From positions 64,001-128,000 of the forward strand of contig CAVTHO010000006.1 of NCBI GenBank assembly GCA_963734545.1: DNA of 64,000 bases, read 5' to 3'. The stretch's first letter is position 1; every line of letters begins with the position of its first letter. A model generated the notes under the pieces. The model was not told the origin of the DNA and ran no database searches. It worked only from the letters and a program-made list of their open reading frames with translations. The DNA is from an uncultured Spirochaetota bacterium (lineage in GTDB: Bacteria; Spirochaetota; Spirochaetia; SZUA-6; Fen-1364). The position numbers and the translations under genes were made by a program. Shown piece by piece: positions 41,118-51,024 of the stretch.

Positions 41118-41200
41118 GGCATCCTCCGAGCGTTTTCAGGTCTGGGCAGAGGGTATCCTATTTGCCCGCCGGGGGCAATTTCCCGCACGCGAATGAATCG

Positions 41201-42149
41201 CTACTCGGGCAGCAGCAGGTTCTCCAGACCGGCGCCCAGCATGACCAGCGGGATGGCGATGCCGACCGCGCCATGCGCGACGCCGAGGCCGATGACCATG
41301 TCGTGGTCTCCCCTGCTCAGGGCGTCGCTGGTCAGGAATCCCAGCACCATCTGCGCCGACCATGAGCGTCCCGTGCACGAAGAATGCGTAGCGGTGGATG
41401 TCGTGCTTGGTAAGCTTTCCCGGCGTCGAGTCGGTGAACATGGAGATTCCCGTGAGAGCGTCACCGAGGTAGAGCGTTTCCCCCGCGACCAGAAGACCCA
41501 CGTGCCACCATCTGAGGGAGGATTGTTCACCCCAGACTTTTCTGATCTCCGCCGAACGCACCGCCGGGTTCCCCGTGTCCTCATCCCAGCCGATGGCGTC
41601 GCGGTACTTGTGGCTCTCGTTCATCATGTCGATGATATGTATCCCGCCGATTATTCCCGCTGCCAGAAACATGGCCGTGGAGGTGAAGCCGGCGACCTCG
41701 TGAAACGCGACCTTGCTGGGGAAGAAAAGGAATCTCCCGGAACTGGCCGGTGTGGCGGTTGCCTGCGCGTCCGCCGCGGAGACGGCAATGGGAAGATCCG
41801 TTGAAGGCGCGCCTGCGGCAATCCAGCCGCGGATGAAGGCCTTCTGCTCCGGTGTGAGCTTGTCTCCCTCCGCGGGCATCTCGTCCGTGGAGATCCTCTG
41901 GTACAGGACGCTCTTCTCAGGGAAGCCCGGAACGATCCTCCCCCCTGCCGTGATCGATTCCCACGAGCCGGTCCAGTCGTGACAGGCTGAACAGCTCGTG
42001 TCGAGGATCTCCTTGATCGTGGCGAACCCCTTGTTCGCCAGGGGTGCCGGTGCGGCGGCTTCCGCGGACGCGACCGGGGGAATAACCAGGAGCGCGCCGA
42101 GGAGGACCAGGATCAGAGTACACCTGTTTTGAACCTGCAACTTACCCAT
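41201..42149 (-). CDS. c-type cytochrome (planctomycete-type domain) fused to a His-containing membrane domain (frameshift near 41357)
   Basis: Signal peptide, CSACH, IVPG.PEKS.LYQRI...EMP...L...Q...IRGWIAAGA; then four hydrophobic His-bearing segments. Confidence 0.78.
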
Positions 42150-42268
42150 GGGCACAGGGTAGCAGGGAGCGCACGAAAATCAAGAGGGCGCATTTATGGT
42201 TGACTATTCCGCCCGGGGTTGCCATCTTTTTCAAAAACGCGGGAAGGACTGAAAACGGAGGGTAGGCC

Positions 42269-42727
42269 ATGGAAACCGTTGCAGAATATCTGAAGAACAA
42301 AGGGGCTGAAATCTACAGCGTGCGCCCGAACGCAACCGTGTATGGAGCACTGGAGCTGATGGCGGAGAAGAACATCGGCGCGGTCATCGTGACGGACGAA
42401 GAGGGGAAGCTCCACGGGATCTTCTCTGAGCGCGATTTTGCGCGCAAGATGATCATCAAGGGCAGAAACGCGAATACGACCAAGGTCAAGGAAATCATGA
42501 CCACTCTCATCGTCTCCGTGAATCCGGACACGCGTATCCACGAATGCATGGCCCTGATGACGGAAAAGAGAATCCGCCACCTGCCGGTCCTGGACGGGGA
42601 GAAGATCGTGGGGGTCGTCTCCATCGGTGACGTGGTGAAGTCGATGCTCACCGAACAGGAGATGGTGATTTCCCAGCAGGCATACAAGATCGACCAGCTC
42701 GAACAGTACATTTCCCTGACCCCGTAG
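42269..42727 (+). CDS. CBS domain pair protein
   Basis: MAEKNIGAV, GIFSERDFARK, RIRHLPV, VGVVSIGDVVK. Confidence 0.93.
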   Translation: METVAEYLKNKGAEIYSVRPNATVYGALELMAEKNIGAVIVTDEEGKLHGIFSERDFARKMIIKGRNANTTKVKEIMTTLIVSVNPDTRIHECMALMTEKRIRHLPVLDGEKIVGVVSIGDVVKSMLTEQEMVISQQAYKIDQLEQYISLTP

Positions 42728-42895
42728 GGGGGGCGCCGCGTACAGGGATGCGTAGGGCGGCAGCCGGCCGCGAAGCGGACGGCGAGAGCCTACGGGAGGC
42801 GCCCCCTAGACAAGGGCTGCGGGCGGCTGGCGAGAGCTCGAAAAACCTCTTATCATAGAGCGTCACATTCAGAAACCGCACGAGGAGGCCCGGCC

Positions 42896-44115
42896 TTGAG
42901 CCAGGACGAGCGGGGCATGCTTGCCGCCGAGATGGAAGAGGAGCTTCGCAGCGACATTCTCCCTTTCTGGCCCCGATTCATCGATCGGGAGAACGGGGGA
43001 TTCCACGGTCAGGTGGAGAACGACGGCCGGGCCGATCCGCGCGCTGACAAAGGGCTCGTGATGCACGCGCGGCTGCTCTGGACGTACTCCGCAGCGGCAA
43101 GACTCCTCGAATGATCCCGGGCTTCTTGCCACTGCTGATGCCGCATACCGCTTCCTCGTCGAGAGTCTCCATGATGAGAACCAGAAGGGCTTCTTCTTTG
43201 CCTGTGACTTCCAGGGCAATCCGCGGCCGGGGCTCAAGATCATCTACGGCCAGGCCTTCGCGGTATACGCCCTTGCCGAGTACGCGCGCGCGGGAGGGCC
43301 GGGCCGGGCCCTGGATCTTGCCATGGAAACTTTCCGCCTTCTCCAGCGCACCGCCTGCGACGAACGCCACGGCGGCTACTCGGAGGCGGCTGCGCCGGAC
43401 TGGTCGAAAAGCGCCGTCTCCGCGCTGGGGGACGGGGACATCGCCTGCGCCAAGAGCATGAACACGAATCTCCACGTCCTGGAGGCCTTCACCGCCCTGC
43501 ATGAGGCCACGGGGGACGCCGCTGTGGCCCGTGCGCTCCGCGGGCTGATCGAGGTGTTCCTGTCGAAGATTCTCACGCCCTCTGCGCACCTGGGGCTCTT
43601 TTTCGACAATGACTGGTCGCGACTGGATGCCGCGGTCTCCTACGGCCACGACATAGAGGCGAGCTGGCTGCTCACGGAGGCCGCGGAGCGCACGGGAGAC
43701 GAGCAGCTGGGGACACGTGTCCGCAAGAGCGCGCTGGCAGTGGCCGCCGGCATCGCGCAGGTCCTCGATGCGCACCAGGGCAGCCTTCCCAACGAGCTGA
43801 AGGAGGGGCGGCTCGATACGGATCGGATCTGGTGGGTACAGGCCGAAGGGATCGTCGGCATGGTCAATGCGGCGGAGCTCTCGGGAGATTCCGCTTACCT
43901 GCGGCGCGCGTCTGCGCTCTGGGGTTTCGTGAAAGCCTTCCTTATTGACCGCGCGCACGGCGAATGGTTCTGGGGCGTCCGGCACCCGGGGGGCGCGCTC
44001 CTGCCCGGGCCGGTACAAGGGAGGCGCCTGGAAGGCCAGCTATCACAACGGGCGGGCGTGCATGCAGATCATGAGCCGGCTCGCGCAGGGGAGAGAGGGA
44101 GGCGCGCACCGGTGA
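42896..44115 (+). CDS. AGE family epimerase, probable cellobiose/mannobiose 2-epimerase (frameshifted)
   Basis: ILPFW, ARLLWTYS, KSMNTNLHVLEA, SYGHDIEASWLL, WWVQAE, WKASYHNGRAC. Confidence 0.88.
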
Positions 44116-45297
44116 CGACGCCGAATCTACGAGGGGCGCAGGGCCGCGCTGGAAAAGGCAAACGGCGCCCTGGCGAGAAGAAAGAACGAGCCTGTCCTGC
44201 CGGGGAACGGCATCTTCACGCGCTACCGTTTTCCGGTCCTCACGGCTGCGCACGTGCCCCTGGACTGGCGCTACGATTTCGACCCGGTGGCGAACCCGCT
44301 GCTCCTCGAAAGGCTGCCGGTGAACGCGGTGTTCAACGCCGGCGCGATCAGGCTGAATGACGAATACTGCCTGGTCTGCAGGGTGGAGGGCGCCGACCGC
44401 AAGAGCTTCTTTGCCGTTGCGCGCAGCGCCTCGGGGGTGGATGGCTTTCATTTCGACCCGCAGCCCATTCTCCTTGCCGAGACGCTTGATCCGGACGTGA
44501 ACGTGTATGACATGCGGCTGACGCAGCACGAAGACGGGTGGATCTACGGCATCTTCTGCACGGAGCGCAAGGACCCCGAGGCGCCGCCCGGGGACACGTC
44601 CCGCGCCGTGGCATCGGCCGGCATCGTCCGCACCCGGGACCTGGTTTCCTGGGATCGGCTGCCCGACCTGGTGACCTCCTCGCCGCAGCAGCGCAACGTG
44701 GTGCTGCACCCCGAGCTCGTGAAGGGAGAGTACCTTCTTTATACGCGGCCCCAGGACGGATTCATCGAAACGGGGTCGGGCGGAGGGATCTGCTGGGGGC
44801 TCGTCCGGGATATGACACACGCGCGCGTCATGAAAGAAACGCTTCTTGACGCCAAGGCCTATCACACCATCAAGGAAGTGAAGAACGGGGCAGGGGCCCC
44901 TCCGATACGGACGCCGAAAGGCTGGCTCCATATCGCCCACGGCGTGCGCGGCACCGCTGCCGGGCTCCGCTATGTTCTGTACGCGTTCCTCACCGATCCG
45001 GCAGATCCAGGAAAGATCATCGCATCGCCGGGCGGCTATCTGCTTGCGCCTGAGGGTGAGGAGAGGATCGGAGACGTGTCCAACGTCTGCTTTTCGAATG
45101 GCGCGATTGCGGATCCCGACGGCAGGGTGCTCATCTACTACGCGAGCTCCGACACCCGCCTGCATGTCGCCGAATCGACGATCGAACGCCTGCTCGACTA
45201 CTGCCTGCATACGCCGGAAGACCGGGGCAGAAGCCGCACGAGCGTGGAGGACAGGCTGCGGTTGATCCAGAAGAATCGGGATGTCCTCAGGAAATGA
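44112..45297 (+). CDS. GH130 phosphorylase, probable 4-O-beta-D-mannosyl-D-glucose phosphorylase (frameshift near start)
   Basis: [64 protein letters not shown]. Confidence 0.9.
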
Positions 45298-45304
45298 GTG
45301 ACGC

Positions 45305-45955
45305 GTGCTGAACCTCTCACTGCCCGAGCTTCTGCAGAGCATCCTCATCATCGTGGTCAGCCTGACCATACACGAGTTCGCGCACGCCCGGGTGGCAATC
45401 TCCCTTGGAGACACGACTCCTCGGGAGGATGGCAGGTTGACTTTGAATCCTCTCAAGCATATCGACCTCGTGGGATTCATCATGCTCGTCGTGGCGGGTT
45501 TCGGCTGGGCCAAGCCGGTGCGGATCGACGCGGCCAGGCTGAAGAAGCCACGGCGTGACGAGATCCTCATCTCGATCGCCGGGCCTTTTTCCAACGGATT
45601 GTTCGCGCTCCTTCTGGCCGTCGCGCTGAAGATCATCCTGGTGGCGTTCGTCATCCGCTCGCCTGTCCGTTTCAACAGCCTTGCCGGCTTCATCACACAG
45701 GCTGCAATGATCAATATCGCCCTGGCCCTCTTCAACCTCCTTCCGATCCCTCCACTCGACGGATCGCACCTCATATCGACATTTCTCGCAAAGGCAAACA
45801 CGACCCTGGCAGCCACCTATTTCAGGTATGGGTCCTTTGCGCTGCTCGCTCTGATCATCGTCGAGCAGTTCACGCGCATCGACATTCTGCCGATTGGAAG
45901 GGTCACCCGGGCAATCGTCATCTGGATGTACAAGTGGCTGGGGGTACTCCCATGA
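45305..45955 (+). CDS. Site-2 protease (M50) family protein
   Basis: HEFAH, GRLTLNPLKH, AGPFSN, FNLLPIPPLDG. Confidence 0.95.
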   Translation: MLNLSLPELLQSILIIVVSLTIHEFAHARVAISLGDTTPREDGRLTLNPLKHIDLVGFIMLVVAGFGWAKPVRIDAARLKKPRRDEILISIAGPFSNGLFALLLAVALKIILVAFVIRSPVRFNSLAGFITQAAMINIALALFNLLPIPPLDGSHLISTFLAKANTTLAATYFRYGSFALLALIIVEQFTRIDILPIGRVTRAIVIWMYKWLGVLP

Positions 45956-46614
45956 ATGCAGTGCGGATCGTCGGTATCGCGGGCGGATCGGGATCGGGCA
46001 AGACAACTATCGTTTCACGCATCACGGAGATCGTTCGCGACTACGCCCTTGTCCCGCAGGACAACTACTACCGGTCCGCCGAGGAAATGCCGCAGAATAC
46101 GATGGCCCTGCAGATGCCACCGAGTACGGCGGCCGGCGCGGCCAGCGAGCCCAACGCTGGATTCAATTTCGACCATCCGGACGCCTTCGACAGCGATCTG
46201 CTGGGGGAGCACCTGCAGGCGCTCAAGGCGCACACCCCCATCCGGATGCCGCAGTACGACTTCGTGCACAATCGGCGAAGGAACGACACGGTTCTCGTGG
46301 AGCCCCGCCGCCTGGTGATCCTGGAAGGGATCATGATCTTCTTCGACAAGCGCATCCGCGACCTGATCGACCTGAAGCTCTACGTGGACACCCCGGACGA
46401 CATCCGCTTCATCCGTCGACTGCGGCGCGACATCAGCGAGCGGGGCCGCACGGTGGACTCCGTCATCGAGCAGTACTTGAACGTGGTCCGCAAGGGGCAC
46501 TACGAGTTCGTCGAGCCCACCAAGGCGTACGCGGACCTGGTCATTCCGGAAGGCGGCTTCAACGATCGCGCAATGGAAGCGCTCATACCATTCCTCAAGC
46601 AGGTTGCCGGCTGA
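45952..46614 (+). CDS. udk: Uridine kinase
   Basis: GIAGGSGSGKTT, QDNYY, NFDHPDAFD, RRLRRDI.ERGR, FVEPTK.YAD. Confidence 0.93.
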   Translation: MNAVRIVGIAGGSGSGKTTIVSRITEIVRDYALVPQDNYYRSAEEMPQNTMALQMPPSTAAGAASEPNAGFNFDHPDAFDSDLLGEHLQALKAHTPIRMPQYDFVHNRRRNDTVLVEPRRLVILEGIMIFFDKRIRDLIDLKLYVDTPDDIRFIRRLRRDISERGRTVDSVIEQYLNVVRKGHYEFVEPTKAYADLVIPEGGFNDRAMEALIPFLKQVAG

Positions 46615-46616
46615 TC

Positions 46617-47621
46617 TCACGGGGCGCCAAGCGGCTGTCCGATCTCCGGCCAGCCATCCGCGCTCCAGGTGATCGGCCGCAATTGCAGCACCGCTATTCC
46701 CCCGCGTTTCCCGTCATACATATGGTGAACGAGCAGGTCCCGATCTCCCTCCCGCAGCACCGAGCAGTGGCCGGGGCCGTGCACGTCGTCATAGCCCGCC
46801 AGGACGATCGATCCCCCGCCCTCGTTCATCGGGATGCCTTTCTCATCCATGTAGGGACCCGTGATCAGGCGCGACCGGCCGACGGCGACCTTGTAGGTGC
46901 TCCGCGTGCCCCTGCAGCAGAAATCGAATGAAACGAAGAGGTAGTAGAAGTCGTTGTGACGATAGATGTAGGAGGCCTCGATCGGGTCATCCTTCACCCC
47001 GGGGCGGCGCGCAAGTGAGATGATCTCCGGCGGATCGCGGAGCGCCTTTCCACGCCCGGGCTCGATACCGATCATCTTGATGCCGTCCCAGAATGACCCG
47101 AAGGCGAGGTACCAGCGCCCCTCCGCGTCGACGGCCAATGCAGGGTCGATGGCGTTCCAGTTGTCTCTTCCCGGAGTCGAATCGATTACCTTGCCCGTGT
47201 CCACCCACTTGAACGCCGGGCTCTGCGGGTCAAGCGTCGTATTCGTGGCAAGACCGATGCAGGACCGATTGTTCCCGAATGTCGAAATGCTGTAGTAGAT
47301 GTAGTAGATGCCTCCGTGGAGAGATATGTCCGGTGCCCACAGACTGCCGTCAAACCCGGGCACCTCTTTTGCCATCCACCCGGGGAGAGCGCTGAATACG
47401 GAGGACAGGTATTCCCAGGTCTTCAGGTCCCTCGTTCGCTGGACAGTGATGCCCTGTCCGGTGGCAAAAAGGTAGAGATATTCTCCCTCCCTGATCATGA
47501 CCGGGTCATGAGCATAGGCAGGAGCTGCATGAAGGGTCATCGGCACCGCGCCAAGAAGCATGCAGGCAAGGATCAGCGCGTGACCATAGCTCGAACAACT
47601 GATCATTTCATTTTCCTCCAA
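46617..47621 (-). CDS. GH43 endo-1,5-alpha-L-arabinanase
   Basis: AHDP, LWAPDI, NAIDP, FGSFWDGIK, IEA, YYLFVSFDFCCRG, GPGH; signal peptide. Confidence 0.9.
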   Translation of the reverse strand: MEENEMISCSSYGHALILACMLLGAVPMTLHAAPAYAHDPVMIREGEYLYLFATGQGITVQRTRDLKTWEYLSSVFSALPGWMAKEVPGFDGSLWAPDISLHGGIYYIYYSISTFGNNRSCIGLATNTTLDPQSPAFKWVDTGKVIDSTPGRDNWNAIDPALAVDAEGRWYLAFGSFWDGIKMIGIEPGRGKALRDPPEIISLARRPGVKDDPIEASYIYRHNDFYYLFVSFDFCCRGTRSTYKVAVGRSRLITGPYMDEKGIPMNEGGGSIVLAGYDDVHGPGHCSVLREGDRDLLVHHMYDGKRGGIAVLQLRPITWSADGWPEIGQPLGAP

Positions 47622-47762
47622 CAGATGCAGGATAGTGTATCACATTTATTGATAGGATAAGTCAGTATTGGAGAAAATTTATATAACAAACCTCTTTAAA
47701 ACCAATTCTGGCAACCAATATCAAATAAGTCAACAAAAAAGTTGTTACTTATCATATATTCC

Positions 47763-47792
47763 TTGACAATAGAACGAGTGCAGTCTTAGAAT
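47763..47792 (+). promoter_or_regulatory. Sigma70 promoter of the sugar ABC operon
   Basis: TTGACA-N18-TAGAAT at the end of an AT-rich intergenic region. Confidence 0.7.
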
Positions 47793-47936
47793 CGGCCGCG
47801 TGGGGCGTTGCCCCAAGCGCCTGGAGAGGTTTATCCGCCGCACTGCACGGAGTACCGTGCAAGGTGCGGCGGCGCCAATCCGGGCGCTGCCGATCACCGA
47901 GCTGTTCACCCGGAACAGATCAAAAGGAGTGAAAGG

Positions 47937-49199
47937 ATGCGCAGATTCCTTGTACTGATTCTTCTCCTCACGATTGCCGTCGGATTCAACGCATTCGCAG
48001 CGACGCCGATCACCTTGTGGACCTTCCAGGAGCTGCACCTCGCCTTCTATGATGCGGCAGCCAAGACGTGGAATGCGCAGAACCCCGGCAAGGCAATCGA
48101 CCTCCAGGGCGAGGCATTCCCGTACGCGGACATGCACAACAAGCTTCTCGTCGCGGTCCAGTCGGGTGTGGGCGCGCCTGATATCGCGGATATTGAGATC
48201 AGCAAATTCCCCAACTTCCTCAAGGGCGACATTGGGCTTGCTCCCCTCAATGACGTGATCGATCCCTTCCGCGACAAGTTTGTCCAGGCACGGCTTGCCA
48301 TCTACGCCAAGGACGGGAAGAACTACGGCCTGCCCTTCCACGTCGGAGCGACGGTCATGTATTACAACATGGACATCATGAAAAAGGCGGGCGTGAACAT
48401 CGACAAGATCCTCATGTGGGACGACTATGTGAAGGCAGGCCAGCAGGTCGTGGCAAGGACAGGCAAACCCATGACCACTCTGGAGACCACCGACCAGTGG
48501 TCCTTCTGGCCGCTGATCGCCCAGCAGAAATCCGACTACTTCTCACCGAAGGGCGACGTCTGGCTGGACAATGCCACCAATATCAAGACCCTCCAGTTCA
48601 TGCAGGACATGCTCTATAAATCCAAGATCGCGGTCGCCGCCCCCGGCGGCTTCCACCATGCCGAGCAGTACTACGGCGCCATGAACGCGGGCGGGTTCGG
48701 CTCCATCTGGATGCCGATGTGGTACATGGGCAGGTTCACAGACTACATGCCGGACCTTGCCGGAAAGATCGCCATCCGACCGCTCCCCCGGTGGACAAAG
48801 GGTGGATACCGTTCGGCAGGAATGGGCGGGACCGGAACCGCCGTGCTCAATCAGTCCCAGAATATCGACCTGGCCAAGCGCTTCCTCTTCTTTGCCAAGG
48901 GCTCCAAGCAGGGCAACATCATGATCTGGCAGGTCCTCGGGTTCGACCCGCCCCGCTGGGATGTGTGGGGCGACCCGGCAATGAGCGCGCCGAACAAGTT
49001 TACCGAGTACTTCCAGAACGACAGCGTCTTCAAGATGCTGCTGGCTGTGAAGGACGAGATTTCCCCCGTGACCTTGACGGAGAAAACATCCGACCTTACC
49101 GATATGGTTCGGAACACCATCATGGTCCAGGTGCTGAAGGACAGGAGCAAGACACCCGCCGCGGCTTTGAAGGAGGCGGCGGACCAGCTGAGGCAATAG
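47937..49199 (+). CDS. Arabino-oligosaccharide ABC transporter substrate-binding protein (AraN-like)
   Basis: WTFQELH, PYADMHNKLL, GAPDIADIE, HVGATVMYYN, MPMWYMGRF, MGGTGT; arabinan gene context. Confidence 0.88.
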   Translation: MRRFLVLILLLTIAVGFNAFAATPITLWTFQELHLAFYDAAAKTWNAQNPGKAIDLQGEAFPYADMHNKLLVAVQSGVGAPDIADIEISKFPNFLKGDIGLAPLNDVIDPFRDKFVQARLAIYAKDGKNYGLPFHVGATVMYYNMDIMKKAGVNIDKILMWDDYVKAGQQVVARTGKPMTTLETTDQWSFWPLIAQQKSDYFSPKGDVWLDNATNIKTLQFMQDMLYKSKIAVAAPGGFHHAEQYYGAMNAGGFGSIWMPMWYMGRFTDYMPDLAGKIAIRPLPRWTKGGYRSAGMGGTGTAVLNQSQNIDLAKRFLFFAKGSKQGNIMIWQVLGFDPPRWDVWGDPAMSAPNKFTEYFQNDSVFKMLLAVKDEISPVTLTEKTSDLTDMVRNTIMVQVLKDRSKTPAAALKEAADQLRQ

Positions 49200-49216
49200 C
49201 GTCCATGACGCGGAGA

Positions 49217-49248
49217 GGGCTCGGCCGCACGGCCGAGCCCTTTTATTC
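49217..49248 (+). terminator. Intercistronic hairpin after the binding-protein gene
   Basis: gggctcggccg/cggccgagccc stem followed by ttttatt. Confidence 0.7.
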
Positions 49249-49269
49249 TGGAATTCGCTGGGGGACCCC

Positions 49270-50167
49270 GTGAGGAGAAGCATCGGCTCTAGGCAGGTTT
49301 GCGCCGTACCTGTTCGTGCTCCCGTTCATCGTCTCCTTCCTGGCATTTTATTTCTACCCTCTCGTGAGCACGATCATTATGAGCTTCCAGGAAATCATTC
49401 CGGGGCAAACCCATTTCATAGGGCTGCAGAACTACCAGCGGCTCAGGAATCCGATCATGTACAAGGCAATCTGGAACAGTTTTCGCTACACGGTCCTCAC
49501 GATTGCCGTGCTTGTCCCCATTCCGATTCTTTTCGCCGTCCTGCTGAACTCTCCGGGAAATCCCGCCAGCAACGTGTTCCGCGCTGCCCTCTTCATTCCG
49601 GCCCTCGTGTCCGTTGTCGTGGCCGGCACCATCATCCGCCTCCTTTTTGCGGGGAGCCCCGCGGCCATCGTGAACACGCTTCTCAGCCCCTTCGGAGTGA
49701 AACCGATGGACTGGCTCGTGGGCAACGCTCAGCAGGCAATGTTCCTGCTTGTCATGATGGCCACCTGGCGGTGGACGGGCGTGAATATCATTTATTTTCT
49801 CTCAGGTCTGCAGAACATCCCCCGGGAGCTCTATGAAGCGGCGAGCATTGACGGGGCATCCGCCTGGTACAGGCTGTTCCACGTCACGATCCCCCTGCTG
49901 AAGCCGACGGTCATCTTTGTCACCACCATCAGCGTGTTCGGGGGGTTCGCCATGTTCGAAGAAAGCTACATCCTCTGGTCCGGCAACGCGGGCGGCGGCT
50001 CCCCCAACAACGTCGGCCTGACCATGGTCGGCTACATCTATCTCAAGGGCTTCCAGGGCGGGGCTATGGGGCTGGGCTCCGCAATCGGGCTGATCCTTCT
50101 CCTCATCGTGCTCGCCGTCAGCATACTGCAATTGAACCTGTTCGGATTTTTCAAGAGGGAAGAGTGA
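49270..50167 (+). CDS. Sugar ABC permease (AraP-like; frameshift near 49298)
   Basis: APYLFVLPF, WRWTGVNIIYF.SGLQNIP.ELYEAASIDGA (EAA motif). Confidence 0.9.
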
Positions 50168-51018
50168 TGAGCTCCCTGCACAGAACAACGCTGCGGACGC
50201 AGATCCTGATATCAATCTTTTTCATCGTCATCTGCCTCGGGTTCCTTTTCCCCATCTACTCGCTGATCCTGGCCTCTTTCCGGCCCGGAAGAGATCTCAT
50301 CCGGTTCGGGATCACGTGGAAGACGCTCGTCCCGCGAGATCTGACGCTTTCGTTCCTGGTGAATCTATTCACGAGCAAGAACGGCATCTATCTGGTCTGG
50401 TTCCGCAACAGCATGATCATCGTGGTCCTCCAGACATGTCTGAGCCTGCTCTTCTGCTCGATGGTCGGCTACGGGTTGGGCATCTACGAGTTCAAGGGGA
50501 AGAAGATCATCCTTGTCCTCATGCTGCTGGTCATGATGGTCCCGCTGCAGATCCTCATCCTGCCGCTGTACCGGCTCATGATCACCATAAAGGCAATGAA
50601 CACATTTCAAGGCATCATGTTCCCCTTCATCGTCTCTCCATTCGCAATTTTCTTTTTCCGGCAGTACGTGCTCGGAGTCCCGATGGATTTTGTCGATGCC
50701 GGCCGGATTGACGGACTGTCCGAGGGCGGTATCTATTTCCGCATCATGGCGCCGCTCATGGCGCCCGCATTTGGCGCAATGGCGATCCTCGGCGCCCTGC
50801 AGAGCTGGAACAATTTCCTCTGGCCGCTGATCGTCATGCGCACCGGCAACATGTTCACGATTCCCGTCGGGCTGGCCACCCTGCTGACGCCATACGGGAA
50901 CAACTATGACATGCTCATTTCCGGATCGGTCATGGCCACCATCCCCATCATCATCATCTTCTTCATCTTCCAGCGGTATTTCATCGCGGGGCTCACTACC
51001 GGCGGAATAAAAGGGTAG
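50164..51018 (+). CDS. Sugar ABC permease (AraQ-like)
   Basis: IFFFRQY, DAGRIDG, WNNFLWP, LLTPYGNNYD. Confidence 0.92.
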   Translation: MMSSLHRTTLRTQILISIFFIVICLGFLFPIYSLILASFRPGRDLIRFGITWKTLVPRDLTLSFLVNLFTSKNGIYLVWFRNSMIIVVLQTCLSLLFCSMVGYGLGIYEFKGKKIILVLMLLVMMVPLQILILPLYRLMITIKAMNTFQGIMFPFIVSPFAIFFFRQYVLGVPMDFVDAGRIDGLSEGGIYFRIMAPLMAPAFGAMAILGALQSWNNFLWPLIVMRTGNMFTIPVGLATLLTPYGNNYDMLISGSVMATIPIIIIFFIFQRYFIAGLTTGGIKG

Positions 51019-51024
51019 CGGATC

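Noticed and set aside
43105-43120. Selenocysteine or readthrough at the TGA in the AGE epimerase
   Set aside because: The protein continues in a different frame, so this is an indel and not in-frame recoding.
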